Assembly (NCBI RefSeq): GCF_001194135.2
Contig: NC_068984.1
Location: forward strand, 54,616,889-54,680,888
Length of the DNA stretch: 64,000 nucleotides
Direction of reading: 5' to 3'
From: Octopus bimaculoides
Lineage: Eukaryota
The first letter of the stretch is position 1; every line of letters begins with the position of its first letter. Made by a program: the position numbers and the translations under genes. The notes beneath the pieces are model-generated. The model searched no databases, was not told the origin of the DNA, and saw only the letters and a program-made list of their open reading frames with translations. This document shows positions 1-13,420 of the stretch, piece by piece.

Positions 1-99
1 TAATTAAATTTCCCGAATAGAAATTGGATGAAAATATGTGAGTCAGCTACCTTAAGAATAATGAACCGTAAGAAGTAGTTTTTACATTGAATCCTTATT

Positions 100-1440
100 A
101 TAGAATATTGATAATCTTCCCTCTTCGTAGTAACCCACATCTCATTTGCGTATAAGAGCTCAGGTAGGATGGTGCTATTGAAAAGTCTGGCTCGTATGGT
201 ATTGTCCAGTTCTGATTTGAGCACATCTTTTATTGAGGTAAACACCTTCTAACTAGCCCTTATTCTTTTCGAGATTTCAGCATCTATTTCTCGGCGTATG
301 TCCATTTTGTGCTCTAAGTAGATGTACTCCTTTACCTCCTCCATTTCATCACTTCCAACCTCTATTCGGCTCTGTGCTACATCTTTGGACCGCGTGGTTT
401 TTTTCTTTCCATGTGGTTCATTTTAAGGCCTACTGGGTGTCCAGCTCTGTCTGTATGGTCTGCAGCTGATTTGTGACTTCCGCGTTGAGTACAATATAAT
501 TTGCGAATCGGAGATGAGTAGCTCGCAGTTAATGTTCACGCTTTCTGCCCAGACAATGTCCATGATGACCATTTCTAGACATACGGTAAAGAGCTTTAGC
601 GAGATGGGACTTCCTTGTTTGACGCCGTTCCAAACTGGAACTCTTACTGGTGGCGATGGCAGAGCTATATCAATTGTACATACTGAGTTCGCATCTTTGA
701 GCAGTTTGTGTATTGCGCCTCGACATATTGCATTTTCAGAGATTTCAGCAATGCATTCATTTCGACGCTATCACCTAATAGCTTTGCAGAGAACAGAATA
801 CTTTAGGCTATCTTTCATGTTCCTCCTCATAGTTTTTTTCGTTTCTCTAATATTTTCTTTGTCTCTTCTGTCAGGGTCCGGCTAGCTTGCAATTCTCACC
901 CTCTACACACAACTTTAATTTTCTGGACCAGTGAATTGTAGTGCTCGTCAAGCTTTTCAAGTTGACTCCAAACTTTCCTCTTGATAGCATTCTGCAACTG
1001 CGTCACATCGAAGGCCTTGAGTGTTGAGTCTTCATTGAGATGTGAAGAGCTTTTCTCTCTTTCTTTGTCGACCACGATTTAGTCAATCTCATTTTTATAC
1101 TGAGCGGCTCCAGATTGCTTCCTGAATAGATTGTTCCCAATGTTTAGTATTCTTGCCGCTGCCATGGTAATCAAACCTACTCTTTCGTTTCCCGATCCAT
1201 ATTTTCCAACATATTTCTCGTCTTGCCACCCTATTTCAACCTTTTCTACGAGAGCATATTCGAAATTAAACAATTCGAGAACGTAGTGGCGTGAACGATG
1301 GGATCGCAGAATACCGAAAGTACAAACTCTGCTTGGCCGGAGATGTCGTAAGGTTCACATACAACAGGTGGATCCCCACAGCTACCGAGTGATATCCAAG
1401 AGATCGAAAAAGGCCACTTGGAAGACATCTACAACAATGA
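100..1440 (-). mobile_element. Decayed RTE-clade LINE (APE endonuclease + partial RT + C-terminus) with internal deletion
   Basis: Minus-strand translations: EN-like VGKYGSGNERVGL...IGNNLFRK...KNEID (1079-1273); RT DSVEMNALLK...NGVKQGSPISLKLFTVCLE...HLRFANYIVL (FADD decayed to FANY); C-terminal KEYIYLE...RLFNSTILPELLYANEMW. Multiple stops and frameshifts. Confidence 0.88.
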
Positions 1441-2273
1441 GAAGATTTAATTAAATGATTTGGAACAAGATGGAAAAGAATGACGCAATGAAGAAAGAAC
1501 TGGAAACTTATCGTAACCAGCGATGTATAAAAACATCTGATAGCCTGGGCGATACAGTGACACAGTGATTATAGAATATGAGAATGATAGAAATACCACT
1601 TTGGGACAACATTCCTGTATTGTAATAGAAAAATATCCATAGTGTATTAGCTGAGCTACCTTTATAGGCGTAGGAGTAAAATAAAGTGCTCTGTTTAAAG
1701 ATATATTATACTTTCTCGTAGAGAAAGTTGGATGTTTCACAACACATCTTCATAGACAAAACTGACGTGCTTTCAGATCAACTCCATTCCTCTCTTGTAT
1801 TTATAACGTTAACAGACTTCTTCACTTGTTAGCTACTCAAGGATAAATCTATGCTGTAATTTTAATTTTAAACGATGCATAGTTCATTGAAATGTATTAT
1901 TTTGGATTCTTTCTAATGAATTGGAGGCATCGATCATTCTTAGAAGTTAATCATGTCTGACACTATAAACAACATAAATGCTTGTATAACTGTAATATAA
2001 GATGCAGTTAACAGCTAATTATTACAGTCAGAGTATTTGAATAGATAGAGAAAATCTTCATTCATTCTTTCCTCCATCATTCTTCTGAAACTTCTTTCTC
2101 TTAAAACGACTATAATCGCCTTAATACTAATTAACAACTGTAGAATTTTCAGTTATTACGTTACTGCTTATTTAACCTGATTATAACCCTGAGGTCGTCA
2201 TGACTTTCCTATGATTGTAATATAATGAATGTTTCTTTTTCAGTTAGAATTTAAAGGAAGAATTTTGTACCAT

Positions 2274-2479
2274 TGGTTTCAAATTTTGGCATCAATTTCG
2301 GGGAGGGGTTAGTTGATCAAATCGACCCAATGCTCAATTAGTGCGTCTTTTATCAACCACACCGAAAGGGAGAAAGGCAAAGTCGACTTCAGCGGAATTT
2401 GAACTCAGAACGTAAAGACGGACGAAGCGCCGCCTAGCATTTTGCCCGGCTTGCTAACGATTCGGCTAGTTCACTGCCG
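2274..2479 (-). mobile_element. tRNA-derived SINE, family A (head GGCGGCGAGCTGGCAGAATCGTTAGC)
   Basis: Reverse complement matches the many other copies here: A box, B box GAGTTCAAATTCC, central GTCGACTTTGCCTTTC...GAT(A)AAA, tail CCAAAATTTGAAACCA. Confidence 0.9.
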
Positions 2480-2651
2480 GAATCAAATATACACGGTTTC
2501 TGAGTACGATGGGGCTCGAATGTTTCCCTTACTGTCATATTCATCCACAGAAATAGCGCTACTAAATTTATAATATCGACTTAATCTCCTTAATTTTTAT
2601 ATTTCGATTTCATTTTTGGCTTCTATCTATAACTATAAAAGAGAGTTTGTG

Positions 2652-2687
<36 letters not shown>

Positions 2688-3060
2688 TGTGCGTGCGTGT
2701 GTATGCGTGTGTGTGTGTGCGTGCGTGCGTGCGCGCGTGCGTGCGTGTGCTCGTATGTTCCTTATGCATTTCAAACCTGAGTTGCCGATTTTCATGTAAG
2801 GGGTATCAAAAGATTCAGTAAGGTTTTGGTTACCAACTAAACTATATTTTCATTCACATATTTGCATTACAAAAATTTAACATTATCATTTTTCTTTTAG
2901 TCACCTATTGACATTTTATATCACCACCATAATGACGATGACGTCACATTTTCTATATGCGTATGTTCGCACGCTCGTTACCTACGTTGGGCCGATGACT
3001 GACAAGTATGTGTGTGACGGTGTATGTATCTGTCAGTATACATACATTTTTGTGACGACT

Positions 3061-3099
<39 letters not shown>

Positions 3100-3857
3100 C
3101 TAAAGACAGAGACAGATACAAACAGGGACAAAGATAGGCTTCACATGTGCATTAATGCACGTGTGTGTGTCTCTTAGTTTATGTATGCAACTTCCCCTCT
3201 CCCCAACAGTGAAACACGTGGATATTGAAAGTTCACTTGCAGCTTGGACATCAAACAAACAACAACGTTCACTTTCAAGAACTACCAACATGAACATTTG
3301 CTTCATTTAACACCACTCACAATACTCTCAAATATATCTGTTTCAAGATAATTTTTCTTTAACACTCCTTGTGTTCTTCATCACTGTGAGTGTCAACGTC
3401 GCACAACCTTTTTACTGCGTTACTCAGTATTTTTTTACAGGCTATAATGTTACACAGTTCAAAAACAGCATCTTCCTTTTTATTCACTTTGTTCAGCGTT
3501 CGTTTCAAAATTATAAAATAAATTATTTTTGTATGTAAGATTGAATTTTCTTGGACTTTCACTTACTTCACCGTGACATTCATTCAATCGTGAATTTTAA
3601 AACTTTTAGTACATGTTCCAAATAAATGTTGACTTTCTGTACTTTCTTACATTAGTGACGCATATTAACTTATGATAAATTGCTATTTTTTTTATAGCCT
3701 AACTATGCTACAAAAGTATGTTTTGCACCTATATTGACTACATTTCGTTTCGCTTGAACTGCGTGTGTGTACCTTTTGCTATTTTCAATATCGATTCTAT
3801 GAGTGTGCGTTTCTGCGTTCGTTACGTCTATAGAACATTTTACGCTGTTTTAATGAG

Positions 3858-4195
3858 CCTACATCTAATGAAGTAGCAATCCTTTATGGTTGGTGATCTC
3901 CATGAAAATCATGATATTCTCATTCGTGTTCAAGATAACAACCTTAAACATGTTTCACAGATTCATCCCTCTTATGATGCTCTCTAGTATAATCTTATTC
4001 TGTAGAATGGACAAGATGGGTATTATTTTAATATTCCTCGGATTGAGCTTGCAACAGGATAGCCAATTACAAACAAAAGGGCCTCTCTCTCTCTCTCCAC
4101 ACACACAAAATATGAAACACATTTCGGCGCCAAAAATTGCAATGGGAAAATCTATTTGGGATTATATATATATTATATCCGGTGATTTTAAGAAG
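3858..4195 (+). mobile_element. Helitron RepHel fragment (pseudogenised)
   Basis: With one frameshift reads PTSNEVAI.MVGDLHENHDILIRVQDNNLKHVSQIHPSYDAL*YNLIL*NGQDGYYLNIP. This matches the Helitron pre-Rep motif PT.NEVA...HRSYDALQYPL.F..GEDGY. Confidence 0.72.
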
Positions 4196-4877
4196 TAAGA
4201 AAAAGATATTTTGTTAATATTAAACTTTTACTCCGTTTCACACAAACAGGCAAAAACTCTAATGTGTTTTTTTTTAGATGAATTTATCGTTTGTTATCTC
4301 TCCACACACTTCGTTACCACTAACTTCTATAACCTCTGCATTTTCACTTATTTATTTCAAACTTCTTTGAATTTTCAATATAATGTAATCCACACTCTCT
4401 CGAAAACATATTTCTGTAAAATATTATCTAAAATTATGGGTAAAGAAAGAAATAGCAAAAAATATTTGAAAATGGGGGTGGTGGTGAAATTTCCGTGGGT
4501 TTCATCCCACCCCACCCCACCCCANNNNNNNNNNNNNNNNNNNNNNNNNNNNNNNNNNNNNNNNNNNNNNNNNNNNNNNNNNNNNNNNNNNNNNNNNNNN
4601 NNNNNNNNNNNNNNNNNNNNNNNNNNNNNNNNNNNNNNNNNNNNNNNNNNNNNNNNNNNNNNNNNNNNNNNNNNNNNNNNNNNNNAAATAAGGGGCTTGA
4701 GCATATTAGGAGGTCAGAGTACTTGATTCCATGCCAAAAATCTAATTTTTTTTCTTAGTGAAAAACGTGACGGTGAAAAGATCAATGGGGTGGGGTGGGG
4801 CGATATTTCCGAGGCCTCCACCTCACCCACCCCGTTTTCCGGACCCAAAAAGGGCTTTGTAGCATATTAGGAGGTCA

Positions 4878-4945
4878 CTTGAATTCATTCACGATCTAAC
4901 GATCGTGAGCCGAATACCACTGACTATTAAGTCGCGCGCCTTCAT
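4878..4945 (-). mobile_element. tRNA-like SINE head fragment (GAAGGCGCG... family)
   Basis: Reverse complement GAAGGCGCGCGACTTAATAGTCAGTGGTATTCGGCTCACGATCGTTAGATCGTGAAT. Related heads at 38152, 43225-43280 (minus) and about 55650. Confidence 0.5.
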
Positions 4946-5356
4946 ATGGTGATTATATACAACCTGCAAAAACAAAATTTTGTGAGCACAGTGCCTTTGT
5001 TCCGGAGACGGAACACAGTGCTTTTGAGATAGAACACAGTGCCTGTGTTCCGTCTCTTCACATTTCATTCATGCTGTGTCGACTCATAGCAACTATAGAT
5101 ATATAACACCAATATTCTCTTTTGAAATTCTCTGCTGACGAGATATGTACCTCTACGCATTTCAGGAAGTAAATTTATATATTTTGTGGTAAATATCCTA
5201 TACTTTATGCTCTACATTTGAGCTCCATTGTTTTCGTTTATTTCACATGGACTTAAAGTCGTATCACAAGCTACTTGCTGAGTTGTTGTGTGCACTCAGT
5301 GAATAATTATTTCAACTGAATTAACATTGTACTAAGTTAATGTGCGTCTATTTACT

Positions 5357-5357
<1 letters not shown>

Positions 5358-5438
<81 letters not shown>
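5358..5438. repeat. (CA)n microsatellite
   Basis: Uninterrupted CA run of about 80 bp; representative of dozens of (CA)n/(TA)n/(GA)n/(CATA)n/(TATC)n tracts in the window. Confidence 0.98.
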
Positions 5439-5441
<3 letters not shown>

Positions 5442-5771
5442 GTCTGCAATATAAACAGACGTCATTAAATTGGTATCTGGTTCATTTCTGTTCTCTTACC
5501 TGGTTCATTCCTTTTTTATTCCTTTGATAAAGGTTACAGCCCGAAACATATCCTTTTACTCTTTTCATTGTTGTCTTTATTTATATTGAACACATTTATT
5601 TTCATGGCATACGTTTCTTTGATTCTTATTGTTTTGTTTCATAGTCCTACGCTCTTTTTACCACGCGTTTTACTACTCTAATTTCCTATGCTATTCATTT
5701 GTCCCTTCTTTTCCTTATTATTCACTTCATTTTATTTGTATTCGATATATATTATATATATATATATATAT

Positions 5772-5809
<38 letters not shown>

Positions 5810-7595
5810 GAACTATGAAATGACACCCATCGGAAGGAACGTTTATCAGTGGTAATTCAAAGTGTTAAACCAATTCAGATTTCATTCCACAACAAATTGC
5901 TATCGTGGTGGCGTACGTTTAAATATTTGGTTCTTCGAGGAAAAAAATCGTTCGAAGAAGAGCTCTCCAAGAACACTTTAAAATGCCTTTATTCACAATC
6001 TTTAGTAAACCTATGCATTATAAACAAGAAAACAAACGAACAAACAAACAGAAATGACTAAAATTGGAGCTACTTAGGCAAAGGAAAATAACAATTAGCG
6101 TATTATAATCTATTTTTCTGCAGTCTGAATGAGTTTTATGCAAATATTCTTTTTCAAATAACAGTTCATAACATTTCATGCTTCTGTCCACCACTACAAA
6201 AACAAGACAAGGCAAAAATAAAATAAACAACAACAAAAGACGTAAGCAAGACTGAAGCAAATTAAAGACGCCGAATAGCAAAATAGTTAAATGTGAATTG
6301 TGTAAATTATTTTCCTTGTAACCTTACGTTTGTAATAAGTAAATGTGCTGGCCAATTAGCAGCCTCACATGATGGTTGCAGGTGCAATCTTTGTTGTCAA
6401 CGTCAGCTCATCAAAAAGACATGCCATTAAAATACTGCTAGGATTCCAAGCAAATCCGTTTCGCTGGCATATTAGTAATTGGTCATGTGTCTTATAATGA
6501 AATCTAATTCTCTTATAAGATAACAATATCCTGTTGATTATATGATATACTAATGAAACAAAGTTAGCTTTTCCTAAATAATTCTATTGTAAGAATAAGG
6601 TGGTTCTACTTTATAAATTGTTACCAGTTGTAGTATAAAAAAAGATAAAATTTAAATATTTGGTTTCTTTTGTATAGAAGGAAGAGAAATCGCAATCGCT
6701 GACTCTGGTATCATTTCCAAGTTAATTAGCAGTGTAAATGATGTAAAACTACTTCAATCAAGAGGAAAATATTGTCTTATAACTAGTCTATAAGAAATTT
6801 ATTATTTGCTTGAAATTAGTGTACACATTGCAGTGATTATATTTATTAAAGAGTTAACTGTACATAGCACATCCATACACTAAATATAGCCATTTGTAAG
6901 TGATAAACTATGGATTTTCTGTAGAATCCATATCCAGTACTTTAAGTTACAGCGTTTCGTATAGGAATGTATCTATGTAAACAATGCGATCGAAAATTGA
7001 AAAATAGGTAATGCGCTATATGCATTTTTCAAGTGTTATTTTTTCGTTACCACAACATCCAACCCATTAACTATCGACGAAGACACTGCTTAAATACCCA
7101 CTAATTTTAGCGATGTAACACTATTGTTAACAATTAATATCTATGCAGTAGCTGCCAAGAATGTATTTAATATGTATATTAGTCTTTTAAATAGTGTTAC
7201 ACGACTTATCTTAATGGGTATTCAAACAATGTGTTCGTCGATAGTTCATGGGTTGGATGTGGTGCTGATGAAAGAGCAATAACTCTTGAAGTATGCATAT
7301 ACAAGCATTACCAATTTTTTCTATCTTCAATTGCATCATTTAAATAGACGTATGAGTAGACAAAGCGTCTTAAGTTGCAGTGCTGGTTCTCATATAAGAT
7401 CTATAGCTTATCACTTAAAAATGAGAATATCGCACTGCTAACACAAAACGTATGATACAATATCGACTTACAAACCTTTAATATAGTAGTATTAAAAAAA
7501 TTTCGGATATTCAATATTTCAATATTTCACGTACGTGAAATATTATTGTAAGTTCTAAAGTAAGTTCGGCTGTTGTGTAAACACAAACAACTACA

Positions 7596-7626
<31 letters not shown>

Positions 7627-8761
7627 NNNNNNNNNNNNNNNNNNNNNNNNNNNNNNNNNNNNNNNNNNNNNNNNNNNNNNNNNNNNNNNNNNNNNNNNNN
7701 NNNNNNNNNNNNNNNNNNNNNNNNNNNNNNNNNNATATATATATATATATAAAGTTTGTTATATATAGTAAACTTTTGGGCTATTTCGACGGCCTAGGGA
7801 GTGACGATTTACATAATACGTAGAACATTGAACTGAATTACTTTCGGTACTTCTTCAGGTCCTGAAATCCTACTGAAGTTAATTTTGCCTTTCATCTATT
7901 CAAGAACAATAAAATAAAGTACCAGTCAAATACTGTGGTCTAGTATCATCGACTAACCCTTTCGCCTCAAAATATCTGACCATGTAACTAAATTGGTAAT
8001 CATCCTACTTATAAAGGTATCAAACAAGAGGTTTTAAGCCTTTGTCTGTCCATAGCAATTTCATAAATTTGTGTTAAATATCTATACTTGTTTCATACTT
8101 TTAGTTAGCCCTTGATTCATACGTTCTGAGTAAAATAAAGCTTTCGTTTCTTGAGTTCGACGTTCTTCTGCTGGTTGAAAAAACTGGGAATGTGTATATG
8201 ATAAATGAATGCTAGGGAAATATGTGCTGTGTATCACAACAGGCAATGGACAGGACAGGTAAAGAGTTAAACATAAAATTGAATACGTTCGTATTTACAG
8301 ATAGTATTAAGAAATTCTCGTGTAAATAGATAAAAGATATTAAGTTATAGTTGATGGTATCTAAAGATTTATGTTTAAAAAATATTCCAATTAATTATGA
8401 TGGAATGATAACAATACAAAATTTGTATTTTTACTTCGATTTCAATTAATTAACTGTGAATCGTGCATACACAATATGAATTTATTTCAGGTTTGGTAAA
8501 TTAATAAAGTTATTTCTATCGAAATAAAATAAATAGCCGTATGATTTCATATTTATTGTTAACTGATTGAAAACTTGGAAGAACAGAGAGCAACAACTAA
8601 TTTTTTTCTGGTCAAAAATATCATTACGGGTTTCGTAAAGTATATATGGTTTAGAGTTGGACGAGTAAAATCAATATAGCATAAATCACGAAAGAAAAAT
8701 ATAAAAATAAAAGATTGGTTGCTATTAAAATTTATCTTTGCAGTGTATTATATTGTATAAC

Positions 8762-8801
<40 letters not shown>

Positions 8802-8832
8802 CTCACACGCCTACACATATATCTTCTTTCAT

Positions 8833-9128
8833 CTCTTATTTGTTTCAGTCATTAGACTGCGGCCATTCTGGGGCATCGCTTTGAACAATTGTTAGTCGAA
8901 CGGATAGACCTCAGCCCTTATTATCTTTCTGTAAAACACACACACACACACAAATATATAAACATACGATGGTCTTCTTTCAGTTTCCGCCTACCAAATC
9001 CACTCACAAGGCTTTGTTCGGCCCGAGGCTATAGTAGAAGACACTTGACAAAGTTGCCACACAGTGGGATTGAATCCAGGACCATGTGGTTGGGAAGCAA
9101 GCTTCTTACCACACAGCCATGCCTACGC
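8833..9128 (-). mobile_element. SINE family B (CORE-like, internal microsatellite), internally deleted
   Basis: Reverse complement has head GGCTGTGTGGTAAGAAGCTTGCTTCCCAACCACATGG, CORE-like CAACTTTGTCAAGTGTCTTCTACTATAGCCTCGG and tail ...GCCGCAGTCTAATGACTGAAACAAAT. Matches 46685-47148. Confidence 0.88.
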
Positions 9129-9194
9129 GCGCGCGCACACACACACACACACGTTACATACGTATAATATGTATAACAAAATGATGCCTAAATT

Positions 9195-9407
9195 GATTCC
9201 AAATTTTGGCACAAGGCTAGCATTTTGGGGGATGTGATAAGTTGTTAACATCGACTCCTGTACTCAAACGGTACTTATTTCATCGACTCCGAAAAGATGA
9301 AAGGCAAAGTCGACCTAGGCGGAATTTGAACTCAGAACGTAAAGATGGACAAAACACTGCTGAACATTTTGCCCGGCGTGCTAGCGGTTTCGCCAGTTCA
9401 CCACCTT
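9195..9407 (-). mobile_element. Full-length SINE family A with 16-bp target-site duplication
   Basis: Complete head, body and tail; flanked by identical AAATGATGCCTAAATT at 9179-9194 and 9408-9423. Confidence 0.93.
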
Positions 9408-9821
9408 AAATGATGCCTAAATTAGAATGAGGTAAAATAGGATTTGAAGCAATACAAGGTTTACAAATGTTCCAACTATTAAAAACAACGTGGTTCTAGT
9501 TTTGCAGTATAATAACAGATAATTTTAGGTATACTGACTGTTTTGATAAAAATGAACTGCAGAAAAATATTTTTGTGTTTGCTGAATCTATTATATGTGG
9601 GCAATATATTTTAAATTGAATGATATATAGAGCAGTGCTGGATCATGTAGAAGTCTATCTTGCGGGAAAATGTGGATGAAGGCTGGGTAAATATAGCAGG
9701 ATAGGAGTGCTATGGACTTGGTAATTTATTCTCTTAAGGGTATTTATTGATTTGTTCACACGCGCGCGCACGCGCGTTCACACGCACGCATGCGCACGCA
9801 CGTGCACATACATATATACTA

Positions 9822-9928
9822 GTTCCAAAGTTTTGTACAAGGCCAGCAATATCATGTAAAGAATGTAAAGACAGACGAAATGCCTTAAGCATTTTGCCCG
9901 GCGTGCTAACGATTTTGTCAGTTCGCCG
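9822..9928 (-). mobile_element. SINE family A, internally deleted
   Basis: Tail (GTTCCAAAGTTTTGTACAAGGCC) joined directly to the head; central domain absent. Confidence 0.8.
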
Positions 9929-9959
9929 CAAAATACATACATATATTACATTACTTTAC

Positions 9960-10445
9960 ATACATAAAGAATACTGGTGGAACTTGAAAATCAAAGCAGC
10001 TATCAAGTTAAAATAAAACCGGCCAGATATCGTTGTGTGGGACCACATAGAAAGGGTATGTTCTGTTGTGGAAATCAGCTGTCCCCTGGATAAGAAAATG
10101 GTTAGAAAAATGTAGGAGAAAGAAGACATCTATGTGCTATTGATAAGGTGTTTGCAAATCTAGTACCCAAGATACACCTTCAGCTTCATACCCATATTAT
10201 TGGAGCAACAAGATACACACCAACCCGTCTGAAGCAAAGTGTGGCTGAACTTGGAATCTTGGGGAGAGAATGCAAGTCCTTAATTCATATGGTACACATA
10301 ATCACAATATCTGGGACTATAAAAATCTGCAAGATCTTTCTAAAATTAAAAGGATGACAGTTAAAACAAGATACTTTCCTTCATAATCTTGTTAGCAAGT
10401 AGGTAGCCGGTCAAAATTTACTCTAAATTAGAAAGCGAAAGAGAA
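9960..10445 (+). mobile_element. 3' fragment of a restriction-like-endonuclease (RLE) LINE (R2/NeSL/R4 group)
   Basis: Reads KEYWWNLKIKAAIKLK*NRPDIVVWDHIERVCSVVEISCPLD...EKEDIY...PII-GA...GTIKICKIFLK, the PD-(D/E)xK RLE signature. Stops and a frameshift present. Confidence 0.85.
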
Positions 10446-11094
10446 CATACATTCATACCTACACACCTACAGACATATTAAGGACAACTTGAGCAGATGA
10501 ATTTTAGAGAAGCATGTATCTTGATTTTGGATTTACTAATATACACAATCTCGGACTTACTAATATATGAAAAATATAAATAACATAAATATTATCAGAT
10601 AGTATTATACTTCATAAATAAGTAAACACACACACACAATACATAAAACGCAAACACATATATGCACGTATGAATGTTGTTTATATTAAAATTATTCAAT
10701 ATTTGATAAAGTTGTCTTGTGACTTCCGTGCATATAAACAAACAACTTAGATTTATAAAGATATGACTATACAATATACATAACTTTAAACGTTATTATC
10801 TTTTGCAGAGTTGTGTCAGATCAATACTATGGTATGTTTGTAAATTACATTTTAGCAACGACAGGTTAATATATGCTAAAACACTTGTATTAGCTAATAA
10901 ATATCTGTTTTTAGGAAATGTAATGCAGTCAAGTTAAACGTAAAGTTAAGAAAGGAAGAAGTAGATTAAAATAACGTTAACAGAAAAATATGCAAATTTG
11001 TATAGTTTGAAATAAGTGTTCATTTTTGTAAATGAAAGTCTGAAAAGGAAGTTGTAAGCTGTATGTTCAATAATTAATATTGTTTATCTTTTAT

Positions 11095-11325
11095 TTGTTT
11101 CAATCAATGGACTGCAGCCATGCTGGGGCCCCGCAATGAAAGGTCTTGGTAGAAACAAGTAGCTATTCATCTTTAGGTCTTGTACTTATTCCATGACTCT
11201 CTTTTGCCGAGCCGATAGATTACGGGGACGTAAGCAAACCAGCACCAGTTGCTAGGCTGTGTAGGGGATCAGACTGGACTGACACAAATATACATACACA
11301 TCTATATATGATGGATTCCCACACA
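11095..11325 (-). mobile_element. SINE family B, 3' half
   Basis: GGACTGCAGCCATGCTGGGG...TTACGGGGACGTAAGCAAACCAGCACC matches the family-B tail. Confidence 0.75.
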
Positions 11326-11559
11326 GCGGACTCATATTTCTAGCATCAGAAGTTGGATTTCTCCCTTTAAGAGGCATTTCCGTAGCGAAGTACTTGAATG
11401 TACATCCACCTCCTCCTTTCTACAGATAATTTTGCAGATTGAAGTGATTATTTGCTCACTGAAGTATGACAGCACTAGGAAACAGGTATTAGGAAAGTTT
11501 ATCCTTTTTTGTGTGTTTGGGAACATTAGTAATGATGGGCAGCCGTTAACCTGCATCAT

Positions 11560-11870
11560 TCTATTAAATGTGAATCGGCTTTTACTTCTTCAAGCAGCAA
11601 ATTTATCACCTTCTACTAACAATGAAAACGCAGAAATCTGAACGAAAACACAAGATTAAACCCATTAGACTCAATTTTACTAGCTGTGAAGAACTATACA
11701 CAAAATTTCTTATTCTTTAAGCCTTTCTTGAAACCTTTCTTATAGCTGTCAATAGACTTAATGGCGCCATGCAAGGACATGAGCAACTCAATCCCAAAAC
11801 ACTAAAACACTATAGATATGTTTTTAGCTATGACATAGTATCCCTCTACATCTCGATCTCTGCTCCCCCG
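11560..11870 (+). mobile_element. Penelope-like RT fragment
   Basis: KHKIKPIRL...YVFSYDIVSLYISI resembles the Penelope RT RPI and F.SFDV.SLYT.I motifs; heavily decayed. Confidence 0.5.
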
Positions 11871-11879
11871 TTTTATTTG

Positions 11880-12950
11880 TGCTTACTTATACTTGCAGCG
11901 GCTATCAACCGGGCGGTGGTTGTGGTGGTGATGGTAGTGGACTTAGCCGGCTCTGACCAACGAGTAGAGTTCATGATCGGAATTTCGGTGGGAATATAAG
12001 TTCACATATGGTCTCTGGTCACATGCATACACACTTTGAGGTAATGAGATCCGTAGCAGCTTATCTTGCCGTCGATTGTCGACCGTCGCAGAGGATTCGC
12101 TAAGTCGCCGCCGATTATCGGAGTAGGCATAGCCTGGATTTGAAGCGGGTTATTGAGATATGCTTTAACAAAAGCTCAGGAGTTCCTCACTCCCTGTAGT
12201 TTTCCAGCATGCCAGATACCAACCCAGAATTTCTGAGGCCCTGTACTATTGCTAGATAGTCGTTAAACCTATACTAGAGGCTGGGTTCATCCATCCTTTT
12301 ACAGGCCTTATTTTGAGTCTTGCCGGGATTCTTGCAACCCTCTTCATCAGACAATCCTAGTTGGAGTGCCCGTTTACTTACCGACGACCGGACCATACAA
12401 TAGGTTATATTGGATTCAATGCTACCAGAAGCACTCATGAAAGACCTCATAAGACACCTAATACAGGCCCTCCTATCTATCAAACTACTTGCTGTCTGTT
12501 TCTTTCTTGCAATCTCTATCGCCTTTACCTAATTCACTTACATATCCGTTAATTCCACTCCATCATCGTATACAACGCATACCTCAACATCTTCAGCCTC
12601 TCGTCCAAATAGGTCTGAGATCTACCCATATGATCCAGGCTGTGAGATTACTGGTTAGCACATAAACGGACCAGTGGAAAGCAGAACATTTAATACCTGC
12701 CACTCTTGTGCCTTCTCCAACAAATATGCATATGACATCCCTATCTGATCATATGCAAAACATTTGTTAATATTCATAACCATTGCGGTTTCAGTGCAGA
12801 ACAATCCTGCGACACTGGGTCACACTCCATACTAGCTATCTAACTCAAAGTGTCAAGGTCGACTAATACGGCTCGTGATTGTCCAGAGTAATGACAAGTG
12901 CAACGAGATAGTGGATAGGGTTACCGATACCATGCAAATCCAAAAGGTCC
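11880..12950 (-). mobile_element. Highly decayed LINE-like fragment, clade uncertain
   Basis: GC-richer than its surroundings; the minus frame has SIESNITYCMV (like IES.LTY...W of L2/Rex1-type RT C-termini) and ends in a CACCAC-type tail. Confidence 0.3.
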
Positions 12951-13079
12951 TGGAAGTTAACAGCCAAATATTATAACTTAGTAGTTACTGGAAAGTTCCA
13001 ATCCCAAAGAACTGAGTAACTTTTCAGATATCTATTTCTTGATCTCACAATTTTTCTTGAGGATAAGTAATGTAAGAAA

Positions 13080-13420
13080 TATAGGATATGAAGTTGCCAG
13101 AAGTGGTTAGTGTTTAAAGTAAAATGGGATTTGCTGTCCATTATGATGTATCAGATATACTGGACCTCGATACAGAGTACAGGAGATGAAACATTTTAGT
13201 TGATCTCTGGTGAGAGAAGTGGCAGTGTAGTGGCAGAGATGGGCTAAGTGATCAATATATTCTACAAAAACTTTACGTGGTGAAAGCATATTTTAGTGTG
13301 GCTATTGTATATTTAGACAGAAATACTTTTACGAAAACTTACAAGACCGAACTCATTTTGTTTTAGTAACGAGGATAAAAGATGAATATTTTTAGCGTAA
13401 CGTGGATAAAAGGTAAAAGA
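13080..13420 (+). mobile_element. Possible Penelope GIY-YIG endonuclease remnant
   Basis: Near 13145-13195 reads roughly IRYTGPRYRVQEMKH, similar to YIG.T.R.L..R..EH; lies downstream of the Penelope RT fragment. Confidence 0.35.

Noticed and set aside
514-885. Plus-strand 123-aa ORF, and similar ORFs at 16942-17457, 19244-19717 and 36128-36541
   Set aside because: Antisense shadows of TE coding sequence on the opposite strand.
3190-3310. Splice-acceptor-like CCCTCTCCCCAACAG (and TTGTTTTTCAG near 16167) as host exons
   Set aside because: The following frames stop within about 35 codons, with no recognisable protein or paired donor.
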